Position numbers and translations under genes: made by a program. Below the pieces are notes generated by a model. It saw only the letters and a program-made list of their open reading frames with translations, made no database searches and was not told the DNA's origin. From contig UYFQ01000023.1 in NCBI GenBank assembly GCA_900617105.1, positions 744,001-774,071 on the forward strand: DNA of 30,071 nt, read 5' to 3'. Positions 8,944-17,471 of the stretch are shown piece by piece. The DNA is from Hydrurus foetidus. Lineage: Eukaryota. Each line of letters opens with the position of its first letter. Position 1 is the stretch's first letter.

Positions 8944-10235
8944 GGGCAGTCCTATAAATTCCCAAATCCAGTCAACGCATAAACGATATAAATCGTTTAT
9001 CTAAGAAGCCTCCTAATCACAAGCCATGATGCAAAGCAGTTTTTTTGACCTCGACAAGAGGTACGCGAAGTTGAGCGAGGCCGGAGATCCGCTGGAGCGG
9101 TTGAATGAGGCAATTGACTGGGAGATGTTTCGCACGACGCTCGAGCGCATAGATGTAAAGCCACGCAAAAGCGCAGCAGGACGTCCACCAACCTGCCGAA
9201 TCGTGATGTTCAAGATGCTGCTGCTCCAGCGCCTGCATCAACTCTCAGACGAGCGCTTGGAATACCAAGTGACGGACCGGCTGTCGTTCATGCGGTTTTT
9301 AGGGTTGGAGTTGGCTGGACTTGTACCTGACTCAAGAACCGTCTGGGCCTTTCGCGAAGCGCTCAAGAAGAGCGACCTGATGCAGCCCCTGCTGGACAAG
9401 CTGACCCAAGCGCTAGGGGATATGGGCGTGGAACTCAAAAGTGGGCAAATCATAGATGCCAGCTTTATCCCCGTACCCATCCAGCGCAATGGGCGCGAAG
9501 AGAATGCCCAACTCAAAGCAGGCAAGACCCCCGAAGAGTGGATGGACAACGCAAACAAGCTACGGCACAAAGACGTAGATGCCCGCTGGACAAAGAAAAG
9601 CGGGCAAAGCCACTACGGCTACAAGAACCACATCAACATCGACAAAGACACCAAGCTGATCACGGCGCATGCGTGTACAGATGCCAGCGTTCACGACAGC
9701 CAAGAGCTTGATACCGTGCTGCGCACACCAGAAGAGGGTGGCAAAGACACGTGGGCAGACAGCGCCTACCGCTCAGAGGAGCAGGAAAAGGCGCTCCAGG
9801 CCAGCCAACACAGCAGCCACATCCATGAGCGGGCGTATCGCAACCATCCTCTGACGGAGGAACAAAAGGCCACCAACAAAACCAAGTCCAAAGTACGCGC
9901 TCGCGTTGAGCATGTCTTTGGGCACATGGAAAACACAATGGGCGGCATGGGCCTGCGCACCATCGGACTCGCTCGCGCCAAAGTGGGCGTGGCGTTGATG
10001 AACCTCACCTACAACATCAGCCGCATTGAGATACTCATGCGCAACAAGGTTTTTAGCTTCTCTCGCCTGCTCACGCCCAAAATGGGCCAAGTGGCCTGAA
10101 ATGGGGGCAAAACCCCCCTTGAAGCGCCTCGAAATCACCAAAAATGCGAAAAAACACAAAACAAATTCGCATTGTGAAATGTTTAGCGTCCCAGGCAAGG
10201 CTTGGGGTGGTTAACGTCGATTTATAGAACTGCCC
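8944..10235 (+). mobile_element. IS5-family insertion sequence, copy A (1292 bp)
   Basis: 16-bp IRs GGGCAGT(C/T)CTATAAAT (15/16 match); 4-bp target duplication TTCA at 8940-8943 and 10236-10239. Confidence 0.95.
9026..10099 (+). CDS. IS5-family DDE transposase (intact, 357 aa)
   Basis: GRPP, LSDERLE...DRLSFMRFLG, IIDAS, HYGYKNH, VHDS, ADSAY and RARVEHVFG. Confidence 0.95.
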   Translation: MMQSSFFDLDKRYAKLSEAGDPLERLNEAIDWEMFRTTLERIDVKPRKSAAGRPPTCRIVMFKMLLLQRLHQLSDERLEYQVTDRLSFMRFLGLELAGLVPDSRTVWAFREALKKSDLMQPLLDKLTQALGDMGVELKSGQIIDASFIPVPIQRNGREENAQLKAGKTPEEWMDNANKLRHKDVDARWTKKSGQSHYGYKNHINIDKDTKLITAHACTDASVHDSQELDTVLRTPEEGGKDTWADSAYRSEEQEKALQASQHSSHIHERAYRNHPLTEEQKATNKTKSKVRARVEHVFGHMENTMGGMGLRTIGLARAKVGVALMNLTYNISRIEILMRNKVFSFSRLLTPKMGQVA

Positions 10236-10582
10236 TTCAGGCTTTTTGTAGTCTGCCAGCAGTGCGTCTATCAGTTCGGCGGGTAAGGGTTTCTGTTCTA
10301 CGGTCATCATTGCTCCATGCAAGACGGCAGTTTCCTGCCAAAAGACCGTTTACACAAAACTTCTTACACCCTCCAAAGCATGAGTAAGCTTTTTGCAGGC
10401 AAGCACAAGAAGTTATCAATTTTGAACTACTCTTCGTTCAACTTCAGCAACAAAACTTGCTTGCACCTCACCCTACACAACCCTAAAATGGACAAATCCA
10501 AGTTTTAACTTTAGATTTATCCAATGATTCCCCGTCAAGCTGCTTCCACCCTCACCCGATTGGCCCAAGGTTTTCCTGTGGT

Positions 10583-11874
10583 GGGCAGTTCTATAAATCG
10601 ACGTTAACCACCCCAAGCCTTGCCTGGGACGCTAAACATTTCACAATGCGAATTTGTTTTGTGTTTTTTCGCATTTTTGGTGATTTCGAGGCGCTTCAAG
10701 GGGGGTTTTGCCCCCATTTCAGGCCACTTGGCCCATTTTGGGCGTGAGCAGGCGAGAGAAGCTAAAAACCTTGTTGCGCATGAGTATCTCAATGCGGCTG
10801 ATGTTGTAGGTGAGGTTCATCAACGCCACGCCCACTTTGGCGCGAGCGAGTCCGATGGTGCGCAGGCCCATGCCGCCCATTGTGTTTTCCATGTGCCCAA
10901 AGACATGCTCAACGCGAGCGCGTACTTTGGACTTGGTTTTGTTGGTGGCCTTTTGTTCCTCCGTCAGAGGATGGTTGCGATACGCCCGCTCATGGATGTG
11001 GCTGCTGTGTTGGCTGGCCTGGAGCGCCTTTTCCTGCTCCTCTGAGCGGTAGGCGCTGTCTGCCCACGTGTCTTTGCCACCCTCTTCTGGTGTGCGCAGC
11101 ACGGTATCAAGCTCTTGGCTGTCGTGAACGCTGGCATCTGTACACGCATGCGCCGTGATCAGCTTGGTGTCTTTGTCGATGTTGATGTGGTTCTTGTAGC
11201 CGTAGTGGCTTTGCCCGCTTTTCTTTGTCCAGCGGGCATCTACGTCTTTGTGCCGTAGCTTGTTTGCGTTGTCCATCCACTCTTCGGGGGTCTTGCCTGC
11301 TTTGAGTTGGGCATTCTCTTCGCGCCCATTGCGCTGGATGGGTACGGGGATAAAGCTGGCATCTATGATTTGCCCACTTTTGAGTTCCACGCCCATATCC
11401 CCTAGCGCTTGGGTCAGCTTGTCCAGCAGGGGCTGCATCAGGTCGCTCTTCTTGAGCGCTTCGCGAAAGGCCCAGACGGTTCTTGAGTCAGGTACAAGTC
11501 CAGCCAACTCCAACCCTAAAAACCGCATGAACGACAGCCGGTCCGTCACTTGGTATTCCAAGCGCTCGTCTGAGAGTTGATGCAGGCGCTGGAGCAGCAG
11601 CATCTTGAACATCACGATTCGGCAGGTTGGTGGACGTCCTGCTGCGCTTTTGCGTGGCTTTACATCTATGCGCTCGAGCGTCGTGCGAAACATCTCCCAG
11701 TCAATTGCCTCATTCAACCGCTCCAGCGGATCTCCGGCCTCGCTCAACTTCGCGTACCTCTTGTCGAGGTCAAAAAAACTGCTTTGCATCATGGCTTGTG
11801 ATTAGGAGGCTTCTTAGATAAACGATTTATATCGTTTATGCGTTGACTGGATTTGGGAATTTATAGGACTGCCC
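10583..11874 (-). mobile_element. IS5-family insertion sequence, copy B (1292 bp, inverted relative to copy A)
   Basis: Same IRs and identical translated ORFs as copy A; 4-bp target duplication TGGT at 10579-10582 and 11875-11878. Confidence 0.95.
10719..11792 (-). CDS. IS5-family DDE transposase (intact, identical protein to copy A)
   Basis: The 357-aa translation is identical to that of 9026..10099. Confidence 0.95.
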   Translation of the reverse strand: MMQSSFFDLDKRYAKLSEAGDPLERLNEAIDWEMFRTTLERIDVKPRKSAAGRPPTCRIVMFKMLLLQRLHQLSDERLEYQVTDRLSFMRFLGLELAGLVPDSRTVWAFREALKKSDLMQPLLDKLTQALGDMGVELKSGQIIDASFIPVPIQRNGREENAQLKAGKTPEEWMDNANKLRHKDVDARWTKKSGQSHYGYKNHINIDKDTKLITAHACTDASVHDSQELDTVLRTPEEGGKDTWADSAYRSEEQEKALQASQHSSHIHERAYRNHPLTEEQKATNKTKSKVRARVEHVFGHMENTMGGMGLRTIGLARAKVGVALMNLTYNISRIEILMRNKVFSFSRLLTPKMGQVA

Positions 11875-12983
11875 TGGTGGCAATCACCGGGCCTAGGCAG
11901 TCGGGGAAGACGACTTTGGCGCGGAATTTGTTTGCGGACAAGCCTTACGTGTCGCTGGAGAACCCGGATGAACTTGAGTTTGCGCAGACGGACGCGAGGC
12001 GATTTTTGGCACGCTTCGAGCACGGCGCGATTCTGGATGAAGTGCAACGCTGCCCGGCTTTGCTGTCTTGGCTGCAGCAACTGGTGGACGAGCGGTCACG
12101 GATGGGGGATTTCATCCTGACCGGATCAGCGCAGTTTGATTTGATGGCGGGCATCACCCAATCACTAGCGGGGCGCGTAGGGCGGGTGGAGTTACTGCCA
12201 CTTTCAGCACAGGAGCTGGGCGCTGCGCATTTACCGCCCGATTTGGACAAGGCTTTGCTCCAAGGGGGCTACCCCGCCTTGTATGACCGTCCGCTCTTGC
12301 CCGGCGACTGGTTCCCGAACTATGTGACGACTTACCTGGAGCGTGATGTGCGCCAACTGGTGGCGGTGCGCGATCTGGGGCAGTTTCAGCGTTTTATCCG
12401 GCTGTGTGCGGCACGCTCAGGGCAATTGCTGAACTTGAGTGCGTTGGGTGCGGACTGCGGCATCACAGGGGTCACGGCGCGTGAATGGCTGTCGGTACTG
12501 GAGACCAGCTATCTGGTCGCACGACTTCAGCCGTTCCACGCGAACTTTGGCAAACGCTTGGTCAAAACGCCCAAGCTGTATTTTTTGGATGTCGGTCTGA
12601 TGGCGTGGCTGCTGGGGATTCGCGATACGACGACGCTGACCACCCACCCGTCACGGGGTGCCTTGTTCGAGACTTGGGTGGTGTCCGAACTCGTCAAACA
12701 ACGGTTCAATGCGGGCCAAGGCGCTGAGCTGTACTTTTGGCGCGACAAGCTGGGCCATGAGGTGGATGTTCTGATCGAAACGCCCCACGGCATACAAGCC
12801 ATCGAGGTGAAGTCCGGCAGCACTTTCGCCAGCGATTGGCCCCAAGCGGTACGCAAATGGGCCGATGTTGTCGGCACGCAGGCGTTGCAGCCTTGGGTGA
12901 TTTTTGGCGGCGTAGGACACTACGAACGCCAAGGCTGCAACGTGATGGGATGGCAGGCGTTTGCTGCAGCGGGGGCTTAAGGC

Positions 12984-14216
12984 TTACTTCAGCCCCATGC
13001 AATTCGCGTAGTACGTTACCGTGGCGGGCCAGTCAGAGAAGATGCCCATGATGCCCACGTCTTTGTTCAGCACGTCCAGCACGCGCATCACATCACCCTC
13101 ACGGGTCAGTGATTTGCCGTAGGTTTGGGTGTACCAACCACTGTTGCCTGTGGACAGGGGGCCGGAGCGCTCCAGTGACCACGTGATGATGTTCAGGCCA
13201 GCTTGTTTGACATTCTTAGCGTAGGCGGATGGTACGAGCTTGCCGTCTTGCAGGTCAAGCAAGGCGTAGAGCGGCGGGGCGACGATGCGGATGCCTTCGG
13301 CCTTAACGGCTTTGAGTTGCTCCAGATTGGGCAATTCTGGCACGGGGACTTCGTTCAAGAAGACGGCTTGCTGGCCGAAGGTGGGTTCGTTTTTCACCCA
13401 GTAAAGAATGTCTTCTTTGTTGAACGATTGCGCAAACACGTCGCTGGCAGGCACTTTGGCAGCTTTGTAAGCGTCAATCATTTTTTGCGCGTACTGGGCC
13501 TGGGTGAAGCCATCGAAGGGCATGGGGACGCTGGCGGCTTTCAGCTCTGGGGTCATCTTGACACCGAGTTTTTTGAACAGCGCAATGCTTTCGTCGTGCG
13601 TCATCAACTGGCCACTGCTGGGGGTGGCGTACAGGTCAGTGCGCCAGTTGGCGGTGCCGCCCATGAACTCTTCCACCGTTTTGGCTTTGGGGTTGAAGGC
13701 ATCCATCTTTCCGCGCAGGGTTTTGAACTCGGCCAAAGTGATGTCGCTGGTACGGCATTCGGCGCTGGCGGGTTTGTTGGTCTCGGCATCAAACGGGGTG
13801 AAGCCTTTGGTGCATTTGGCAGCGAGTGGGGTGGCGAGGATGTTCGTGGTGGTGTGCAGGTCGTTTTGGGCGTGGCGGCAGACCAGCTCTTTGTCTTTGG
13901 TGAAGGTCACATCGCACTCCACGATGCCCGCGCCCATGCGGGCGGCTGCTTCGTAGGATTCCTGGGTGTGCTCGGGGAACATCATCGCGGCACCCCGGTG
14001 CCCAATGGAAAAGTTGGTTTTCGCGAACGGGCCGTTAGAGCAGCTCTGGAGCTTGGTTTTCAACGCGCCATCGGCCATGTTGCTCACCAAAAAGAAAGGG
14101 CGTGGCCCGAGTTGAATGTTGGTGACAGGCGTTTGAGCCAGCGCACCCACACTGCCGGCCAACACTGGCAGACTAAGGATGAGGCGAAGGCCCAAAGAGA
14201 AAGAAGGATGGCGCAT
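12984..14216 (-). CDS. Secreted glycerophosphodiester phosphodiesterase family protein
   Basis: Signal peptide; [33 protein letters not shown] and GIFSDWP. Confidence 0.88.
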   Translation of the reverse strand: MRHPSFSLGLRLILSLPVLAGSVGALAQTPVTNIQLGPRPFFLVSNMADGALKTKLQSCSNGPFAKTNFSIGHRGAAMMFPEHTQESYEAAARMGAGIVECDVTFTKDKELVCRHAQNDLHTTTNILATPLAAKCTKGFTPFDAETNKPASAECRTSDITLAEFKTLRGKMDAFNPKAKTVEEFMGGTANWRTDLYATPSSGQLMTHDESIALFKKLGVKMTPELKAASVPMPFDGFTQAQYAQKMIDAYKAAKVPASDVFAQSFNKEDILYWVKNEPTFGQQAVFLNEVPVPELPNLEQLKAVKAEGIRIVAPPLYALLDLQDGKLVPSAYAKNVKQAGLNIITWSLERSGPLSTGNSGWYTQTYGKSLTREGDVMRVLDVLNKDVGIMGIFSDWPATVTYYANCMGLK

Positions 14217-14306
14217 GAGTATGTCCTGAGTTTGTTACTTAAACCCAAATCGTAGCGCCTGCACATGACGAACAGGTGTCCCCAGTGTCTCCCGTACTAC
14301 AAAAAA

Positions 14307-15323
14307 TCAGCCCCGCCCGACAAATACCCCCTGCGTCACCAATGCCCGCCCCTTCTTCACCCGCGCCATCGCCGCGTCGGCATTTTTGATGATTTGATCC
14401 ACATTTCCGTTGCCGCCCTGCATCACCTGGATGCCCACGCTGGCGGTGCAGGTGACACGAATGTCGTGTCCCAGCAGGCAATCGCGCTGCTCCAGCAGAT
14501 CCATGATTTTGTCAGCGACGGCGTTGGCGTGGGTCAAGGCGTAGGCTTCTTGGGCACCCAGGTCTTCGAGCAGCACGACAAACTCATCCCCTCCCAGGCG
14601 AGCCACGGTGTCGTTTTGGCGGATGGCGGCCATCAGACGGGCGGAAACTTCAACCAGCAGTTGGTCTCCAGCATCGTGGCCATGGGCATCGTTGATGGCT
14701 TTGAATTGGTCTAAATCGACGTAGAGCACGGCAAAAAAAGACTTTTGCCGACCGCTGTTCAGTTGGGCGCGCCAGAGACGGTCACGCAGCAAGCGCCAGT
14801 TGGGTAAGCCGGTGAGGTTGTCGTTGAACGACACAGAGCGGATCAGCTCGTCCGCTATTTTTTGCGCACGGGTGCTGCGCATCACACGGCACACACCGCT
14901 TTGTTGGCCCTGCCCGTCGCGCACGGGGGTGAAGGTGATGGTGACGGGAACCGACAGGCCATCTTTGTCGAGACGGGTGGTGTTCAAGCTGGTGCTGCCT
15001 TGACCCAACTGCGCCAGCACGGTGGCTTCTTCTTGTAACAGCGTCAAAGGGGTGAGGCACTGCAGGCCCCCGGTGCGGATGTCATCAGCGGTGTAGCCAA
15101 ACAGCGTCTGCGCACCGGGGCTCCAGCAGGTGACGGTGCCGTCGAGCGCTTCCAGGGTGATGGCATCGGCCGAGCTTTGCAGCACAGCATCCAGCTGCTG
15201 CCCTAAAGCCGTCAAAGTTTTCAGTTGCAGCTGGTCAAGCCGATGGCGGCGGTACAGCCGCGCTATAACGGCGGTCATCAGCATGAACACCACACCACCC
15301 GCCAGCGTTATCCACGGCACCAT
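14307..15323 (-). CDS. Membrane-anchored PAS-GGDEF diguanylate cyclase
   Basis: N-terminal transmembrane helix, PAS segment (WSPGAQTLFGY), DNLTGLPN, DLDQFKAIND, RQND inhibitory site and RLGGDEF. Confidence 0.88.
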   Translation of the reverse strand: MVPWITLAGGVVFMLMTAVIARLYRRHRLDQLQLKTLTALGQQLDAVLQSSADAITLEALDGTVTCWSPGAQTLFGYTADDIRTGGLQCLTPLTLLQEEATVLAQLGQGSTSLNTTRLDKDGLSVPVTITFTPVRDGQGQQSGVCRVMRSTRAQKIADELIRSVSFNDNLTGLPNWRLLRDRLWRAQLNSGRQKSFFAVLYVDLDQFKAINDAHGHDAGDQLLVEVSARLMAAIRQNDTVARLGGDEFVVLLEDLGAQEAYALTHANAVADKIMDLLEQRDCLLGHDIRVTCTASVGIQVMQGGNGNVDQIIKNADAAMARVKKGRALVTQGVFVGRG

Positions 15324-15463
15324 AACGAACCTCCTATGGGAAAGCCGGGGCGCATGCCCTGGCGATGGGATTTATCTTAGTCATTTTGGAATTCGAACGC
15401 ACGGCCCCCCCTTGTTCCGCACGGCCAAGAGGGTCAAAGTGGTAACGGTCAAGAGGAAAAACT

Positions 15464-15691
15464 TCAATAGTGTGGTGGCAGCTCATCGCGCGGATTGCGC
15501 ACCGCGCTCACGCCACTCTCTGGTGTGGGTTGGCGCAGCCGGGTGATTTCACTGATAAGCAGGTCAATTTGCTGCTGTTGGCGCACGATGATGGCATCGA
15601 GCTGGTCAAGCAGGTCTTCGGTGTAGCTGGCTTTGATTTCCAGGTTGGTGAGGCGCTGGTCTGTATGACCGGCATCAGGCGTGTCGTTCAT
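15464..15691 (-). CDS. slyX: SlyX family protein
   Basis: RLTNLEIKASYTEDLLDQL, coiled coil and C-terminal ELPPHY. Confidence 0.88.
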   Translation of the reverse strand: MNDTPDAGHTDQRLTNLEIKASYTEDLLDQLDAIIVRQQQQIDLLISEITRLRQPTPESGVSAVRNPRDELPPHY

Positions 15692-15972
15692 TGATCTGCG
15701 CCCGAGCGTCGTATTTCACGCAGCATAAAAAGGTAAAGCCCCTCCACTTTCTCACGCGCCCAAGGCGTTTTGCGCAGGAATTTCAGGCTGGAGGCGACGC
15801 TGGGGTCGTGGGTGAAACAGCGCACGGGGATGCGTTGCCCCAAGCTTTCCCAGCCGTAATGGGCGGCCAAAGCGGTGACGATGGTTTCCAGCGTCAGGCC
15901 GTGCAGGGGGTTGCGGGCTTGGGTGGCGGGGGCTGAGGGCAGCAGATCAGGAGATGAAGAGGGCATGTGCAT
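15688..15972 (-). CDS. VF530 (DUF2132) family small DNA-binding protein
   Basis: NPLHGLTLE, YGWE.LG and PSVASSLKFLRKTPWAREKVE; ATGA overlap with slyX. Confidence 0.85.
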   Translation of the reverse strand: MHMPSSSPDLLPSAPATQARNPLHGLTLETIVTALAAHYGWESLGQRIPVRCFTHDPSVASSLKFLRKTPWAREKVEGLYLFMLREIRRSGADQ

Positions 15973-16071
15973 AGGTGGATTTTGGCGCGATTACGGCTGA
16001 AAGTGGCGCAATAGTGGTGCGTTTAGCGTTAATCGCGCAAAATCAGGGCTTTAATGCGCCAACTTGAGTCA

Positions 16072-17454
16072 TCACACCAACCGAGCCACCACCGCCGCCG
16101 TCTTCTGCGCTGCCCCCTGGTGCTCCATCACAAATGCCGATGCAGCCAGTCTAGACTGCCTGAGCAGCTTCTCTTTCGATAGCAACTCAAACGCTTTGGC
16201 CACCGCCGCAGGCACATCGGCCACAACGAAGGCGGCACCGGCGTTGGCACTGTGGGTGGCGGCGTCGGCGAAGTTGAAAGTGTGTGGGCCCATGACGACA
16301 GGGCAAGCGCAGGCAGCTGCTTCGATCAGGTTTTGCCCGCCCAAGGGGAGGAAGCTGCCGCCCAGCAGCGCCACGTCGCTCAGGGCGTAGTACAGGGGCA
16401 TTTCGCCGAGGGAGTCGCCCAGCCAAATCACCGGGGCAGCGTCTGTGGGTACATCCGCCGAGCCATCGCTGCCCCACGCACTGCGGCGCGAGACGGTGAA
16501 GCCAAGGGCTTGCACCAGCGTAGCTACCTCGTCAAAGCGCTGCGGGTGGCGTGGCACGATCAGCCACTGCATAGCTTGGCGTTGCGCAGGGGGAAGCGTT
16601 GACAGGTGCTTCAGCAGCAACGCTTCTTCGCCTTCGCGTGAGCTGGCAAAAAGGATGATGGGCCGCTGCAGCGCTTGGGCTGGTGGTGTTGCCGCTGTAG
16701 GTTCTTGTGACGGATCTTGCTGTGCGTTCCAAGCCGCCCGCCACTGTTGGCCTTGCGCCAAAAGCCGGGGGCTAGGTTGCGCATCGAATTTCACGTTGCC
16801 GAACACGCCTTGCACGTTGGCTCCGAGCTGGCGCAAGCGCTGGGCATCTGCCTGGGTTTGGGCGTACACAGCAGACAAAGCGCGGTAGGCCGCTCTGGCC
16901 AGCCACGCCACGCGTTGCGCTTTGGCGAGGGATTTGGGGCTGAGGCGGGCATTCACCAGCAACAGCGGTATGCCGCGCTGCTGGCAGGCGGCAGTGAGGT
17001 TGGGCCAGACTTCGGTTTCTATCAGGATGCCCACGCGAGGCTGGAAGTGCGTCAAAAAGCGGCTGACCGGGCCGGGGGCATCCCAGGGTTGCCAGACTTG
17101 AAGATCGCCTTCGCGCAGCAGCGCCCTCCCCTCAGCCCGCCCCGTAGCGGTGCCATGGGTCAACAGCAGACGAAGCTGGGGGGCTTGTTGGCGCAACGCG
17201 GCCAGCAGCACCGCAGCGGCGCGGGTTTCGCCCAAAGAGACGGCGTGAACCCAGACCCAATCGGTGGTAGCGGTGACAGTTGCTGTGTCATTGGCGGCAG
17301 AGGCAGCAGGTGAGGTGATGGATGCGCTGTAGCGACCAAAGCGCTCGCCCACCGCCTCAAGATAACCCGGCTCCTGGCGGCCTCGCTGGCGCAGTTTGAG
17401 CCACAGCAGCGGCTGGGCCAGCGTCATCAGCAGGGCATAAAGCAGGCGAATCAT
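16072..17454 (-). CDS. waaA: 3-deoxy-D-manno-octulosonic acid (Kdo) transferase
   Basis: WVHAVSLGE, ETEVWPN, NARLS, IVPRHPQRF, DSLGEM and GGQNLIEAA; start placed at ATG 17454 (MIRLLY). Confidence 0.93.
   Translation of the reverse strand: MIRLLYALLMTLAQPLLWLKLRQRGRQEPGYLEAVGERFGRYSASITSPAASAANDTATVTATTDWVWVHAVSLGETRAAAVLLAALRQQAPQLRLLLTHGTATGRAEGRALLREGDLQVWQPWDAPGPVSRFLTHFQPRVGILIETEVWPNLTAACQQRGIPLLLVNARLSPKSLAKAQRVAWLARAAYRALSAVYAQTQADAQRLRQLGANVQGVFGNVKFDAQPSPRLLAQGQQWRAAWNAQQDPSQEPTAATPPAQALQRPIILFASSREGEEALLLKHLSTLPPAQRQAMQWLIVPRHPQRFDEVATLVQALGFTVSRRSAWGSDGSADVPTDAAPVIWLGDSLGEMPLYYALSDVALLGGSFLPLGGQNLIEAAACACPVVMGPHTFNFADAATHSANAGAAFVVADVPAAVAKAFELLSKEKLLRQSRLAASAFVMEHQGAAQKTAAVVARLV
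16136..16184. repeat. Dispersed palindromic-core repeat, copy 3 (inside the waaA 3' region; degenerate)
   Basis: TGCC(16157-16160)-N5-AGCTT(16166-16170)-N8-ATAGCA(16179-16184); encodes LLSKEKLLRQSRLAA. Confidence 0.45.
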
Positions 17455-17471
17455 GGGGCGGGGCGGGCCTT

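Larger units (their letters stand above)
7782..10307 (-). pseudogene. IS256-family (Mutator-type) transposase split by an IS5 insertion
   Basis: The 5' part MTVEQKPLPAELIDALLADYKKPE (10307 to about 10236) joins DLIGQNGILKQLTK... (to 7782) in frame after removing the IS5 and one TTCA, giving about 409 aa. Motifs RNG, PRDR, YMDCI, CVDGLKGF, QLCLVH and YTTNAIES are present. Confidence 0.93.
7746..10373 (-). mobile_element. IS256-family insertion sequence (1332 bp when rebuilt), interrupted by an IS5-family element
   Basis: 28-bp terminal IRs GAGGGTGT-N6-TTTTGTGTAAACGG at 7746-7773 and 10346-10373 (22/28 match); 8-bp target duplication CAAAGCAT at 7738-7745 and 10374-10381. Confidence 0.95.
10524..12980 (+). 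pseudogene. ATP-binding protein (AAA_14 plus DUF4143-type) interrupted at codon 20 by IS5 copy B
   Basis: ATG 10524 gives MIPRQAASTLTRLAQGFPVV, which joins AITGPRQSGKTT in frame (386 aa rebuilt). Walker B ILDEVQ, LTGS, GGYP, KTPKLYFLDVG and C-terminal EVD...IEVKS are present. Confidence 0.88.

Noticed and set aside
8939..10240. 6-bp target duplication (CTTCAG) for IS5 copy A
   Set aside because: Copy B does not fit a 6-bp model (GTGGTG vs CTGGTG); a 4-bp duplication with symmetric GGGCAG ends fits both copies. An asymmetric 5-bp model cannot be excluded.
10071..10322. 83-aa ORF as an independent gene
   Set aside because: It is the IS256 transposase 5' end reading into the IS5 right end.
10317..10508. 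63-aa ORF as a gene interrupted by IS256
   Set aside because: It spans the IS256 end and AT-rich spacer; rebuilding the empty site gives no convincing long ORF or recognisable motif.
16001..16065. Imperfect inverted repeat AAGTGGCGCA...TGCGCCAACTT after waaA
   Set aside because: Long loop, mismatches and no U-tract; cannot be distinguished from chance.
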